From NCBI RefSeq assembly GCF_009834535.1, contig NC_045696.1, positions 80,354,001 through 80,418,000 of the forward strand: DNA of 64,000 bases. Reading direction: 5' to 3'. The notes beneath the pieces were generated by a model. The model saw only the letters and a program-made list of their open reading frames with translations. It had not been told where the DNA came from and ran no database searches. Positions within the stretch are counted from its first letter, which is position 1; each line of letters starts with the position of its first letter. Source of the stretch: Camelus ferus. Its lineage: Eukaryota. This document shows, in pieces, positions 48,401 to 62,258 of this stretch. Made by a program: the position numbers and the translations under genes.

Positions 48401-50819
48401 CTTTTTAATAATTTAAAATCAGCTTCATGAAAAGTTTGCTACTAAAATGTGGTCCTAATGGAAATGGGTCATCTCTTGACACTTTGTAGGCCTGCTGTCA
48501 TCAATAATCTGCTCGAACATAGGCAGCAGGGACACCCATGGCCCAGGCCTTGTCCTGGTCAGCTACTGCTGCTAGGCCACTGGTGGCTGTCACACAGAAG
48601 AACGTAAGAGTAGGGGCTCAAAGGGCAGTGGAGCTGGCTGGTCTACCAGGGAAGATCTGCAGTATGGACGCCCAGGAGCTCCCTCATTCTGCACCTTGGG
48701 AGGGCAGGGACATGGGGCCTAGGAGTGATCAGGCTCAGCACCTCCCTAAGCTGAGCTCCCGCTCTCCCGGGTAAGGAAGGAAAACTGCCCCCAGTTAAAG
48801 AGGTGAGAGGCGGCGGGAAGCCCACATCCTTGACCATTCTGGAGCAGACCTAGCCACTGGGCTCCTGACCTCATTGGTCGTGAAGCCATAGAACCCCCAG
48901 TGATGCTCTGGACATTCCACTGCCAGTGTCCACAAGCCAAAAAAAAAAAAAAAAAAAAAAAAGGCAGATTCTCAGGGTTCCCTGACTTGTTTCCACTTCA
49001 TAACCTCAGGCAGACCCAAATCCTTTTTTCTTACTGCACACACTAAGTTCATTCAAGGACAAAGTTAATCTTCACTAGAACATGAAGAAATCTTGGGAGC
49101 ACAAACCAACCGTGCGATGCCAGACCTCAAGGTGCTCACTGTGGTGTAGGGTGAGGCATTAGAAACCAGCACTGGTTCCTTTTTTGGCTCTTTTCCTTTT
49201 CTCACTCAAATGAATCCACGGTTCTGGCTAATCTGCTGTCATCCTACACCCAGCCATAGCCTGAGAGCATCCATGCAACACCCTGGGCCATCAGACAAAT
49301 GGAACTGTCTCCCGCCCAGGGCACTTCTCCTCCACTTCTGGTTAAAAGTGCTCCCCAGAAACGCACTCGATTTCCCTGCAGCTGAATCACGTGGCGTATT
49401 TCACATCAGTCCTTCCCCAGTCCCGAGCTCCCTGCCCTGCCTCAATCACCTGTCTTACCACTGAACGAGGACACACTGCACATTAGCTACATTCTAGACC
49501 CCAATGGATCGGCTCAATGTCCATTCCCCCCAGCCTGTCTCAGGCAGCCAGCTCTCTGATGACACTGCAACTCTATTTATATCTTTATATTACTATTTTT
49601 ATTTATATATATTTATATAACACAGAGTTCACTGGGCCTGGTCTGGATGTCTCATTAATCTGATCCTTGGTAAACAAGTGCCTCTTTTCACTTCTAGATA
49701 CACACACTAAAGGGTAGCACCATCTTCGGGGCAAAGTCCCAGCCAGCCTCATAACACTCAGTACACACTCCACCTGCATCTGCCCCTGCTCCCTCCTCAT
49801 CCTCACTCTCTTGTAGAAGGGTCACACGTTTGGTTACAAGTCCTAATAGTAATCAGAGTCCAGATGTTCTTTTAAGGCCCTACAAAGTTCCTTGCTAAAT
49901 TCTGAAGAGTGCCAACTTTCTGCCAGACTGTAGGAGCGCCCAATGTCAGAAAGGCAGCGGGGAGAGCAGGCAGCCTGGGGAGTGTGTGAAATATAACTCA
50001 TGTGGCTACACAGCAGACAGTGACTCATCCTTGGAAACATTTTTCAAGATGTGTTAATATAAACTTCAGGGACAAAGATATTTTCCCCCTAAGGGGGAAA
50101 ACGCCTTATCAAACATTTTTTTCCACTCTTTCAAATGAAATTTGGGGATAAATTTTAAATAAAAGGTTTAAAATACTTTAAGGAATATATTCTCTATTTT
50201 CTCATTTTATCTTTTGCCTTTTTACTACCTACTTGAATATTTTTCTTTCTGATGTATAGTTTAAGAAATTAAAATTAGCTATTAAGTAAGAGTATAACTA
50301 TATTAATTATTCCCTCAAAAAAAAAAAAAAAAAAAAAAGGCAAAGGAAAGGGAACACTGCTAACTTCCGGTGAGTCACCCAAAGAACAGGATACATGATC
50401 TTGCTTCTCAAGTGTGACTACTGAGACAGAGACATTAATTGGCAGGAATACTGTTTTTCTCATGGGTTCCCTCTCCTTATAGCTAAGGGAGAAGCAGTGA
50501 TCTGCTCCATCTGTTTACTGAGAAGAGCTGTGTTCGAGCACCACTGAGTCACGCCCTGCTGGCTAGTGGAACAGCGCTGGCCACAGATCTGAGTCCCAGC
50601 CTACCACTGCATCTCTGGGTGCACGTCTGTCTTCCTTCCCCTCTTCCCAGAACACTCAGAGGAGAGCAGGGGCAGGAAAAGAGTTATGCTGTACTTTCAA
50701 AGTCCCTGACCTTGTATCTAATCATCTTAGGGCATAGGACCTAAAACACTGTATGTGCTACACAAAGATTAAGGGGAGAAAGATTAATGGACTAAGAGAG
50801 TCAAAAGAACCTTCTGTCA

Positions 50820-51290
50820 CATGGTTACGATTTTAAACATGTCCACACATTCCTTGACTTCCCCATCCAGTGAAGAGCCTATGGCCCTTTCCCTTGAATG
50901 TGGGTGGGCTGGAGACTCTCCTGTAACTGCTGGATGGAGGGGAAATGAAGCTCTGTGACTTCCAAGGCGAGATCTGAAAAGGTGAGGAAGTTTCTGTCTT
51001 TTCCTGGGAAAACTCATTCTTGCCATTCTGACTCCCCTGAAGTCACCATGCTGTCAGGGAGCCTGAGATGCACAAGGTCCCACTGGACTTGTGAGTGAAG
51101 ACCCTGCCAGAAGGTTCCACCCAATAAGCCCTCCCGGCTGAAGTCCCAGAAACTGTGGAACACAGACTAGCTGGTCCTCTGGTGCCCTGTTCAAATTCCC
51201 AACCCAGAATCCATGAGAAAACAAAGTGACTATGTTAAAACCAAGGTGTAAGTTTTGAGGTAATCTGTTATGTAATATTACACTCATCTA
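50820..51290 (+). mobile_element. MLT1-type (MaLR) solo LTR
   Basis: cccttgaatgtgggtgggc; tgtgacttccaaggc; caaattcccaacccagaatccatgag; taagttttgaggtaatctgttatg. Confidence 0.8.
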
Positions 51291-54200
51291 TTCTGATGTC
51301 CATATATGTTTAAAATATGGAGTTTTTCAGTAAACTTTTATAAATTCCTCCTGCACTATTAATAGCCAGGAGGTAAGGGAGCATGCTAGAACACAAAACC
51401 AGAGTTTAACATATGCCTGAATACAAAGTTCTATTTTCTACATGCACTTAGCACATGATTTCTCCCTCAAAGCCATCCAACAAAGTAAGGCCTCTCTGAA
51501 TAGATTTTAAAAATGATTTCTAGAAGCTAAAGGTGTAACAAGATTCCTAGATGATAAAGATCAACCAAAATTGTTAATCAATGGCAATGTAGTTACTTCA
51601 TCTTACGGAGTGACATTTTAGACTGAACTGAGGTTTTTAATAATGTTATCCCAGAAGTTGTAGGGAACCGTGGGGAGATCTTTAAACACAGATACGCAAG
51701 TCTTTGGGGGGGATGGTTTAGGCATGGCGTAGCCCAAAGCCTCAGGAGTGAGCAAATTAAATAACCTTTCCAAGGACCTCCACATATAATCAGTCTTCCA
51801 CCTCTCTGTTTACAAACACATGTACGTTCCAGCGGAGAAGTCAATTTACAGATGGACCTGCCTATTAAAACTGGTATCTAGGTATATGAAAAATATTTGA
51901 CTTATTTTATAAAATGCAACTAATTTTAAAGACGTGTTTTAAAGTAATTATTAATTTGTAAAACTATGTAACTGAAAACCAAAAATGTTTTTTTCAAGTC
52001 AGTTTTCCTTTTTTATTAACTTAGTTTCCCCATAAAGCTGTCCTCAGCGCTTGGGAAGACGAGTCCTCAAAATGGGTCGGTGTCCTGTTAAGAAACAACA
52101 CACCCATGGCCAATTCTGTACATACAGCTCATACATATTCCAGCTAATTCAGGCCACAGTGTTTTCCTGCCACGAGTAATTCTACAGAGTGTGGGGGAAT
52201 GTGGTTGCTCTGGCTAACACTTTCAGTCATCCTGGCACTAACCGTCTTGGAAGCTGGTATTTCCAACACTGGCACTAACAGATGAAGTTGACAGCTATTG
52301 TCAATTGCCTTCAAATTAACAGATTGGAAATGATCCTTCCTGATCCTCTTCTTGGCACAAGAACATGAGAATGGCCAACACAGGGAAGCTAGAATCCATG
52401 GTGAACTAGCCCCCCTTGATCATGTGACTTGCACTCTTCCTGATGTGTTCTTCATCTATGGCCTCTTCCCACTGACCTATTTCTCTTACAGGTTCTTGCA
52501 CTGCCGGTGCCTGTGGGCTTCCCTAGCTGCTCTTACCCGGTTTGATAACTGCCTGCTAAACAAGTAACATGCATTTGGTTATCAGTTGTCATGTGCTCAT
52601 GGCCCAGGTCAGCTGGATCCAGACATGGGCTGAGTGATTCTGGGCTGGGCACTCTCTGTAACAGCATAGTTCAACCTGTCAGAAACATCAACGATAAATC
52701 AAATAAAAACTAAGGTTGCGCTGGCCAACTGAACTACTGCCAGGCTCAAAGATTTAGTCTGCTAGTACATCTATATTTAGAAGTTGTTCCAGCACTGGCC
52801 GACCCTAGGCAACATCAAAGATAAATCTTGGCCTGAGAAATAAAAGAGCATGTATGTGTTCAGCATAACCATATATAAGAAGGGGTTCATAACAGGGAGG
52901 TGGAGGCACTCCACATGTGGGTGGATTCAAAAGTTCCTTGGGCCAAACCTCACTTTCCCCTCAGTGATGCCTCTTTCATTTTACTGACCACTCTGGCACA
53001 CAGGGACTTTCAAAGGTAAGAAAAGGCAATGGAGTAGTTTGCGGCTGCATGTTACTAAATAAATACTGCACGCATTTTATCCCCTGGCACACTAGTTTTC
53101 TATGTTTGTGGGAGAGGCTTGGCTACCTCAAATAGCCAAGGATGATCACCAGGTCCTCTGGTTTAAAACAAACAAACAGAATGTTCCTATACAGCCCTCC
53201 AAATGCAGAGGAGGTTCACCTGATGTTGGGTGCTCTGAAAAGATTAATGTGCTGAGACTGTCCGAGTGAAGGGAAAGGAGAGGAGGAGCAAGGGAGCGAT
53301 TTGAGAACAGGCTGTCTATACAATTTATAAGTGAACCAAGAGCCAACGTCCAAGGCAGCCATCCTGTGGCTGGCAACCAACAAGCATGACACATGAGTTG
53401 ATAAATCAGGTGCCAAGGACCAACATGGCTATTTGTAATTTAGCCTCAGCTGGAAGTGCCCCACAAAGTCTGCTGCCCAAGCATGTAATAACCCCATCCT
53501 GTACATACGTGACAAATGGTTTAAAAAAAAAAAAAAAAAAAAAAAAGCACAGAGAGAATCTGCTTCAGGTGTGCAGGTGCCTGGGGCTGGGGTCCCTAAA
53601 AGAAAGGGCTCTTTTTAACTCTGCTTGGGCTTTGATGCCTGTGGACCTGAGTATTAAATCCTTCTTTGCCTCCTTTGAAAGGAGCTATAGTGGAGAAAGC
53701 TATTCCCCTGGCTCTCAGAAACCCGCCCTTGGACATGGCAGCAGAGATCTGTGATGTGGCAAAACACTGTCATTCTGCCAGGTCACTGATTTGGCATTTA
53801 TGTAAAGGACTGCTTCTGATGGACAAGTGAAAAACGAACCTGGGACCCCACTCTCCACAAGGACATTTCCCAAGAATGAGCAAAAGAGCTCAGAGGGCCC
53901 GGGCAAATGGCAATTTCTCCTAACATCCAGCCAGGCATTGGTGGTGGGCTGGGGAATGGAAACAGGCCTTCCCAGCTTTCCCCACTGGACCAACATGCCA
54001 TGCAAGTTCAGGCAGCAGGGCTCCTCAGAGACAGCGGCAACTAGAACCCACAGGGAGGCTCTCCGCGTCCGTTCTGGGGAACCCACTGTCACTCTGCTGG
54101 CTGACGCTCCATCCCCTCCCAGAAGGGCTGCTGTCTAACCAGAAGAGCCCTGTGCAAATGCACGCATGCTTAGAAGCCTTCTGAAAGATGATCAATACTA

Positions 54201-57200
54201 ACTAGCCAACACCTAAGTTAAACAGGAATCAGACTAATAAACCAGGTACCAGGCCCCTCCTATGGGGCTAGCTTGGCTGCTCCTGAACTGCACGTCCACA
54301 CAGTGACCGTCTGGGGCCCGTATCTGCTCCAGGGTCCTGCAGCGGGGCTGCTGAGCCAGGCCTGCCTGGTGACGGTCCCCTGGGGGTGTATGGGCTCTAC
54401 CTGCCGCTGGCCTTTTCTGTTCTATTTCAAAGTGTACGTCCCTCGATTTCTGCAGTATTTATCGTATTCTCAGTCTACTGTGTTTTACAGCTGTGTTCAC
54501 TCATTAGTCACCAGGAAAGCCAGATGTGAAATTCCCTTTTGGGCTAGCTGAGTCACATGTGAGGAAGAGTCTTGGGAACTCCACTAATCACATTCTCACA
54601 AAGCTATTTTTCTGGTTCTTTCGTATATTCCCTACATGTCATGTCTGGAAGCTATGCTAATGGCGAATTAACATCTATATATAGTACTGATGTCCGTTTT
54701 TGTTTAGTTCAAACCAGAGCCATTAACCTCAGGACCTCTGTTTAAGTTCCTGACCAAAAAATGCCATATTCCTTTCATACAATCCTTCTGTAACTGTTGA
54801 CTTTTCCTACTCCAGATCTTAACATGGGCTTGGGTGACTGGAAATAATCATTACACAGAATCTGTTGCTGCCCAAGTTATCTCATTCAATCTTAACCTAC
54901 CTGTCAGGTAACAGGTATGATTTTGCAAGTGGAGAAGCTGAGACTTGAGGGTTAAATAATTTGTTTGATTAGGCAGAGACAAAGCAGAGACTATTAAGCT
55001 AGGTCTCTTGAGGTGAACACCACGTCACTGAACAAATCCGCATGAATCCACGCCACACTTTCACCGCGAGATCTCAGGGGCACGGAACTTGCTCTGCATA
55101 ACTAGCTCCAGTAGCACCGGTTAGCATTTCTGTACGGCACAGGTTAAAACAGTATCTAAGGGTAGAACTCATAGCAAGTTTCCATAAATACTTCCTTCAC
55201 AGAACTTTTCTTTCCTAAAATAGAAAATAAAGTTTCTTTTTGACTATGAAGTTTGCCCTTTTACTCAAATTTTCAAGGAAAAGGCCAGATCACCATCCCT
55301 TAAAGAGACTGGGCAGGCATTTATGTGTCAATTCAAAGGTTCTTAATCCTTTTTCCATAAAAGCCCCTTCCTACCCTGGAAACTTCTACACCCCCAATCC
55401 TCCCCTGCTCAGCTGCTTTTAGAGAAGAACTCCCACCTCTCCTAGATACCTCTGTGTCATCAATCCGAGAAGCAGCAGAGGGGCCAATTCAGTTGGGAAG
55501 GTGCCCAAGGAGGGGAAAGAGCAGGCCAGACGGACGAGCTCAGTGGTGGCCCCGGGGCAGTGAACTGTAAGCACTACCTCTGCCTTCCGGACCCCACCCC
55601 ACCCCAAGGTTTTCCACTGTGGCAAAGATGCACCATCTTGAGAAATCGAGCCTCTAAGCATTGTTTGACTGTTAAAAAGCAAAGAAACTTTTCTCCTATT
55701 CATAATTCTGTATTAAACTAAACCTTAATTCATAAAAAAAATTTTTTTTTAAAGTCAGCACCAGGTGTCATACTCAAATCCAGCAGAAGAAAGAAGCCCT
55801 CAGGAGGCTTTGGATCTGCCTTCTGCCAGGCTTCAGAATGACCACGACTTGTAAATTAGGATGTACACATGCGGTGGGATACGTTGTGATCAGAAAGAAA
55901 TTAAAATGTAGTAACGACTCATCCAGTAGTCAAGCAGGAAACTGCCTTAAAAATGACCTTCTGCTTTTCTGACGTGGGGTCTCCCGAAGGACATGGTGGC
56001 TAAAGATCTACAAAAATGCAGGGCCAGTCTTCAGGCCCCAAAGTTCTAAGCACTGCAACTCAACCAAGTCACCACAACAAGGGGATGTGGCCAGGAAAGG
56101 ACACACCTTTCCAAGTTATGAAAACTGATCTATTTCAGGGGAAAACTGAAACTGACGGCCAGAGCTGAAAAGCCAGGGACACCTGTGTGTTCCATTTTTA
56201 GGCTTGTGACCATCTCACAGTCACAGTTACTTCCTAAGCTGACTGAAACATTAAGGGATTGGCCAGGCGCAATTATTAATGGAGAAAAGTAGGCATCTAA
56301 CACTTCTGCAGAACTATCAGTGAGCAATTTCCAAGTGAACTCTGACAACAGTGACGTGAACGAATGACAATGAACCTAGGAGAGAGGATGTATCAGCCTC
56401 CCCCTGTGCTTCACACTTCTGCCTTCTGTTCCCTGTCAGAGACCAGCAAGCGGTCAGCTATTGATTAAGGCGGCTTTTCCCACGGTCAGCTCAGCCCAGC
56501 ATTCCCCGTTGGGGCAGCAGTGAAGGTGGGCACTCACCGGCCTCTCTGCTGCTGCTCTTTCATTCACGAAAGTCTTTTTCTAGAGACTGGACAGAAGGAC
56601 TTGATGCCCTGTGCTCTTACCTTACTAACACCTTCAGAATTTTACACTAATTGTGTTATCGGAATGGTGACTAAGAATTGAGCAAAAGAATGAAGTGTTC
56701 TGGGAACTCTAGCCAGTACTGCTATACTATAATAAAAGTACAGGGACACCCAGACATTAGTGGTGGCATGTACGTGGATGGGGCCACCGCACCCCAAGCC
56801 GTGTTTCTTCGACCGGGTGCCAGGGCAGAAACGGTGCAGGGTGCGATTCCTAAACACGAGCTTCTTCGAGACTGAGTAGCACCTGTTTCCCTCCCAAGCA
56901 GCGATGTGCACTTTTGTGAACCCTACTCTCCTCCTGCCTTTTAAGCTTGTTTCTACAACACTCTGGATGCCAGAGAGACCATAGGTTTCGGGGGAGGTGA
57001 CTCCAGCCAAACCCCTCTCACTCTCCTGCCCCACCGTACTCCACGAGGGCCCAGGCTGCAAACAGACCTGGTACCAGGAGCACCTGGCTCCAGAAACCAC
57101 CAGCAGAAGGTTTCAGAGGGACAGCCAGAGCCTCGTGTGCTCACACTTCCTGCAGGATTTCTTTATTCTCTTCTTTGAAGAATACTAAGCCACAGAATAT

Positions 57201-57705
57201 AAAAGAATTCCTGTGTTGGCAAAAGGCCTACAGCAGGTGAGAGTCAATTAACCTGCAATCTCCGGGAAGGCTCACCAGAGCGGACACCAGCAGGAATTAG
57301 AAGGTAGGAGGGAATATAAAGAGGAAAGGGGAAGACAGAAGTGAGGACAAGGCTAGATGGAGGGAGAGCAAGGAGGAGAAAGGCAGGAGAAGGCCCAAAA
57401 TAAACAACTTCACATTTGTGGTCACTAGGCCATCGTGGGTCCTATTGATTATAAATGGTCATCAGACATAGCTTCTCCATTTCATCTGAGGCTGCAGCAT
57501 ATTTCCTCCCAGCATCATGCCAGGACACTTTCAATTCAAATTCAAAGGGAAGGAGGCCAACAACTGAGTCACCAGTACCATTTCCTGCAGCACCTGGGTT
57601 TTCCTTGGAGGTTTCCCATTCGAGCACTCAACTTCTCTGACCTTACTTAACTTATGAGGCCACAGTCCAGGGCAGAGAAGCAGCAAAAAACACAGGATGG
57701 AAAAA

Positions 57706-57753
57706 CGCACACGCACACACATGCACACACACACACACGCACACACACACACA
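57706..57753. repeat. Interrupted (CA)n microsatellite
   Basis: cgcacacgcacacacatgcacacacacacacacgcacacacacacaca. Confidence 0.9.
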
Positions 57754-59037
57754 GTGCTGTGAGAAGAAATGTGTAAGGAGAAAAGCCTCCTCTTTACTGG
57801 TAAACTATCTGGATATAAAACCTCAACCTCAAGGACCACAGGGGGTGGCTTTGCTTTCCAATCAAGCCACCTTAAAATGAAATCCACCTAATCTGTAAAA
57901 TATACTGGTTAAGTCTGAGATTTCACCAATCTGTACACAGGAACTATTCACAAGGATCCCAAGAACAATAGATCATTGTTTTTGGTAACTTGGAACTCCT
58001 GCTGTTCAGATGTAACCCAGATGGGAAAATACGCTTCTGCAAAAAGTGATGAAGGGCCCCTTATTCATATCAAAATTTCATCATAAGAGTTTCACCCATT
58101 TTCATTTTACATTTGGTTTAAAATATATTTTTCCACACTTGGTAAGTCACTTGTTGCCTGTTTGTGTTCTGAATGTTTTAATGCCCCTAAATTTAAGTCA
58201 CAAAGACTAGTTAACTTACGTTGCTTCCCAAATTCCACATTTCCTATTCTTAAAATCCTTTGTCCCTTTGCTCATTCACAGAATGACAGAAAGAAACAAA
58301 GGTAAATGAATGAACAGAGATAAGATTTACAAGAACAAATAGTATGGTTGCTTTTTAGAAGCGGATTTCTGCATCCATTGCTTCCTGCCTAAGATTCTGT
58401 GCAGTGTTGTCAAGGCCAGAAAAGCACTGGGTTACCAATCAGCAGAGAGCGGCCTTCAGGATAGGAGGAATTCACCATGGGTAACCACCCACCGCCTCTG
58501 GAGACAGACACAGCAAAGGGGGCACCCATTCCAGGATGGTCTGACAGGTAGGTGAGACCTCCAGGTGCTGCTCCATCTCCCACAAACAGTACTCAACAGT
58601 GCGACAACAGAGTTTACACGTGGCACTCAAAAAGAAGGAACAAATTAGGCTTCCCAAGCCACAGTGTGGTTTATGTTATCAAAACCATCTACACAGGCTG
58701 GCCCTGGGCAGTCCAGATAACAAAGCAGTCATTTCTTAATACTCATTAATGCCTGGCCAGATACTAGGGACTCCAAAATAGATAAGACCCTGTCACTGCT
58801 TTCAGGAGCATTTCTTGCAAAAAGCCATGTAAACATATTTTAATGCACAATTCACTAGACTACTTCAGTCCATTTTCTTTTCCCACAGTTAGTAACTTTT
58901 GGTTTTTAAATTTTTCTCTACTTACGTTCTTTTTTCCACGTGTTTAGCACATCTTAAAAAAAGAATAAAATGGCATTTGTTCAGCAATTTCATTTTTGAG
59001 AGGGGTTTTACATGGATGAATGTGAAAATGTGATTAC

Positions 59038-59091
59038 CTCATCCCATTCTAAAAGGTAGTTGGTGATTTTTGAACCGTTGTCAATTGGTGC
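59038..59091 (-). CDS. FNDC3B: FNDC3B coding exon (~exon 11), 54 nt, phase 0->0
   Basis: ttttAG|GCA CCA ... GAT GAG|GTaatc; APIDNGSKITNYLLEWDE (too short for the ORF track, read by hand). Confidence 0.96.
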
Positions 59092-60842
59092 CTAAAAAAT
59101 AAAATAAAATGAGATTAGTGGAAGCTGTTCACAGACAAAAGTTCTGAGCCATGCACTTGGTTCAAATACAGTGTCCATGCTAGTCCTGTGCTCTCCCCGC
59201 AGGGGCATAACTCCTGCATTTCTTTGGCCAAACATTATCAGAAACTAATTTTAATACAACTCAACTAGTAGAGAGAGCCTCCACTGTTAATAAGTCATAC
59301 CCCACAAACAGCCAAGCCTGCCTTCCCCAGCACCTCTACCTTGAGACCCATGTGGTGCCCTACTTCCTCTGGGGATAAAACTTTTAAGAGGCATTTTAAT
59401 TTCAAGAATAGAGAGAGAAAAAAGACAGCAGAGAAACTGCGTCACTGCCTGCAGTGCCTGGGGTCTGATGGAGTAAAGCTGACCCAGCTAGGTTCAGAGT
59501 CCAGAGTTCAGATTCTTTGTAACTTCTCCCCTACAGGTTTTATTTTTTTAAGTGCTTAACATTAGAAAGCCTTCTGTGGCATTATGATTCCCCATTTTTT
59601 TTTTTTAATGAGGAAAAAATGGGATCTCCTAGAGAGATTACCAGGGGCAGTCAGCCCTTTGCCTGTTAGTAAAAAGAAATTTCATCATTTGTTTTCCTCT
59701 TAAAAGCACAGTGAGATCTGCTTCACTGAGAAAACAGGCTTTGGACAATGGGAAAGGGAGTAAAGAACTGGAGAAAAGAGTGCTGAGGGTCAGGCCTGCC
59801 AGAAGGGGGTGCTACAGCAGGGTCCCTCTCAGCACTAACGCCATGTCTCCCAAGTACAAAGGCATCCGGGCCTGGCTCCCCCAGGAGAGAGCCAGAGCCC
59901 ACAGACTGTGACGACCTGCCGCCCGCAGAAGGCAGCCGGGTCACCAGAGCTACAAGGAGGCCCAGCTCGGCTGTTTGTCACACTTAACATCAGTGTTTAA
60001 TTTCTTATTCCAAGAATGGATGGGTGTGATAAGGAAATGGGAGAATTTGTATAAATCACTTCCTCAACTGCCCGGTCTCATAGGAAGCGCTCCGCGAACG
60101 GTAGCTGTTGCTTTGTTACTGTTAATAGTAAAACATCATTGGGCCTCAGTAAACATTAATTAATAAAGCAATGCCTTGCTCTCATCTTTCCTTCCTTCTC
60201 CTTCTTTCTTCTGAGTCATATAATCGTGGAGTCCTGACCCCTGATTTCAGGTGAGTGCTCTATGTTCTACTAAACTGTAATTTTAGGCTTTTGTCGGCTC
60301 AGTTTGGGAGACAGGATAGGGATACATTTAAAGTTGTAGATAATGAACAAAAATCAAAGTTTCAGCTTGAGAATCCATTTCTAGGTTAAGAAGTACATTT
60401 ATGATGCTCACAAATCTCTCAGTGACGTCCTGCCCCACCACCGAGTCCCTGATTCCTTGAGGGTGGGGACACAGACCCTGGTGTTTGCATTGCCCCAGGC
60501 TCCGGCGCTGACTAACAAGGTAACGATAGAGGACCCTGAGCTCTCTGTGTCTTGGTGGCCTCAAGGGTAGGTGGGCAGCCAGAGTGTGGTCCCCCTGTCC
60601 CTGCGCTCCCAGCTGGAACACTGTGATCAGGAAATCTGTTCTAAGGACAAGAAACTGAACTGAATCCAGAACTTTCAAGTTTGCACATAACCAAATGGAA
60701 CAATACTGTGTTTCCAAGCTACAATTAAATAGAGGGAGAAAGAAAATGTGAAATATTTTCCTCCTAATAAGAGCACTTTTTCTTGAAGTTGCTGGTCTGC
60801 CTGAGACCTGAACTTCATCCAGGTTTTAAGCAGAGTGTGTAT

Positions 60843-61074
60843 CAGTGATTCCCAACTTTAGGTTTAGTAAGATCCTGGGGTCCCTCTGATTAACTTAAAG
60901 AAGATTTCTTATATTTTCCAAATAAAATGGACTTTAATTCTTTCCTTAAAATATATTTACATATGTATATGTGTAAATATAGAACCTATTTTAAAATGGA
61001 TGTTATATGCTCCAAAGACTTAAACAATGATAACCAGTTGGGTGTTAAAACTCTGAAAAGGTGGGGAATCACTG
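60843..61074. mobile_element. hAT-Charlie-type MITE (232 bp)
   Basis: Terminal inverted repeats cagtgattcccaacttt / aaggtggggaatcactg (15/17), AT-rich interior; TSD eroded. Confidence 0.65.
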
Positions 61075-62119
61075 ACCTGGATTATCCCTGGAAGCCAGGA
61101 AGGAAAATAAAATAGTTCAGATTCTAAGCCAGTTTAAACTTTGCCTTTGTCCAAATAACACACTCACTGTTGGCCATTGGCTACGAGAGGGGCCTACCGA
61201 AGCCCATGATTTGCTGCTAACCACTGTTCTCAGCGGCTTTTACCCACCCCCAAGACAAATCGGACTCTCTGCTCTGGGAACAAAAGGACAAAAGATTTCT
61301 TCACCAATAACGTCGATCTCCCTAGCCATCATATTTCTTTTGTACATTAGTATTCTCCCCAAGTATCACACATCTTTATTACCTCTCTCTCTACAAATTT
61401 AACATTTTAAGCTACATTTTAAAGTATAAATATATAGAAATACTTACTGCACTGATTGATAATGTAATTTACCATTTTCTTACAAACACACAACTATGAC
61501 TGATAAGCTAATGCTACACTTTAAGGACCTCTCTTTGGGAAGAGTTATTTGTAGCCAAAAAGTTGAGTTCCATGAAAACTACTACATAATTGAGATGTTA
61601 AAATATAACTGGTAATCCTAACTGATCTAAGGCCTAATTAGTAAAAATTAATGAAGTCTTAATGTAGTTTAGAACACTAAACATTCTAGGCAGTTTTAAA
61701 TATTAAACATTTCTGAGTCACCACTGAAAGAAGCCAATGGAGCCATAAAGCTACTTTAAATCTTTCTTCACAAAAACTTTTTACTCAAGTCCTCAAATGT
61801 TTGTTGAAGTGAATTAAACTATTAGAGAGTGATGAAATGTAAATATCTTAAGTACTTATATCACTTAGAAAGTACTGCTCATGATCCTAAGAGATTTACC
61901 AAATCCCCCTGCAAAGAAAGCTAAAACTTGATTTTGCAGTTTCCCCTCCCACCCCTTTGCCCAATTTTTATAGAGATGGTAACTTTTGACATCATTACAA
62001 TTTGTTTCACATAGTCACTATGTAGAAAACCAAACACTATCACCAAGTTGGAACAGTGCCAGATAAATGTTTCCAATGGCTACAGACTCAGAGGACTCCC
62101 GACACTTTGCGCTACCCAC

Positions 62120-62258
62120 CTTCCACTGCAAGGTTAGGGAGCTTTTGCTCCTGTGTGCCAGCTTAGGTGGGAAGGGGCACTCGGGCGCACAGCTGTGGGT
62201 GGTGAAGCTCACTGGCTCAGAGCAGGATCCCTTTACGGAATTGTACATAGCATATACC
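62120..62258 (-). CDS. FNDC3B: FNDC3B coding exon (~exon 10), 139 nt, phase 2->0
   Basis: ttttcAG|G GTA TAT ... TGG AAG|GTgggt; encodes (R)VYAMYNSVKGSCSEPVSFTTHSCAPECPFPPKLAHRSKSSLTLQWK, matching recalled FNDC3B. Confidence 0.97.

Noticed and set aside
42322..53546. Long poly(A) runs (42322, 48939, 50317, 53523) as retro-insertions or a strand-bias signal
   Set aside because: No TSDs found, and poly(T) runs also occur (6393, 13830, 32371, 59595).
56642..57100. 152-aa minus-strand ORF
   Set aside because: Non-ATG start, no homology recognised, no splice context; expected by chance in a GC-richer intron.
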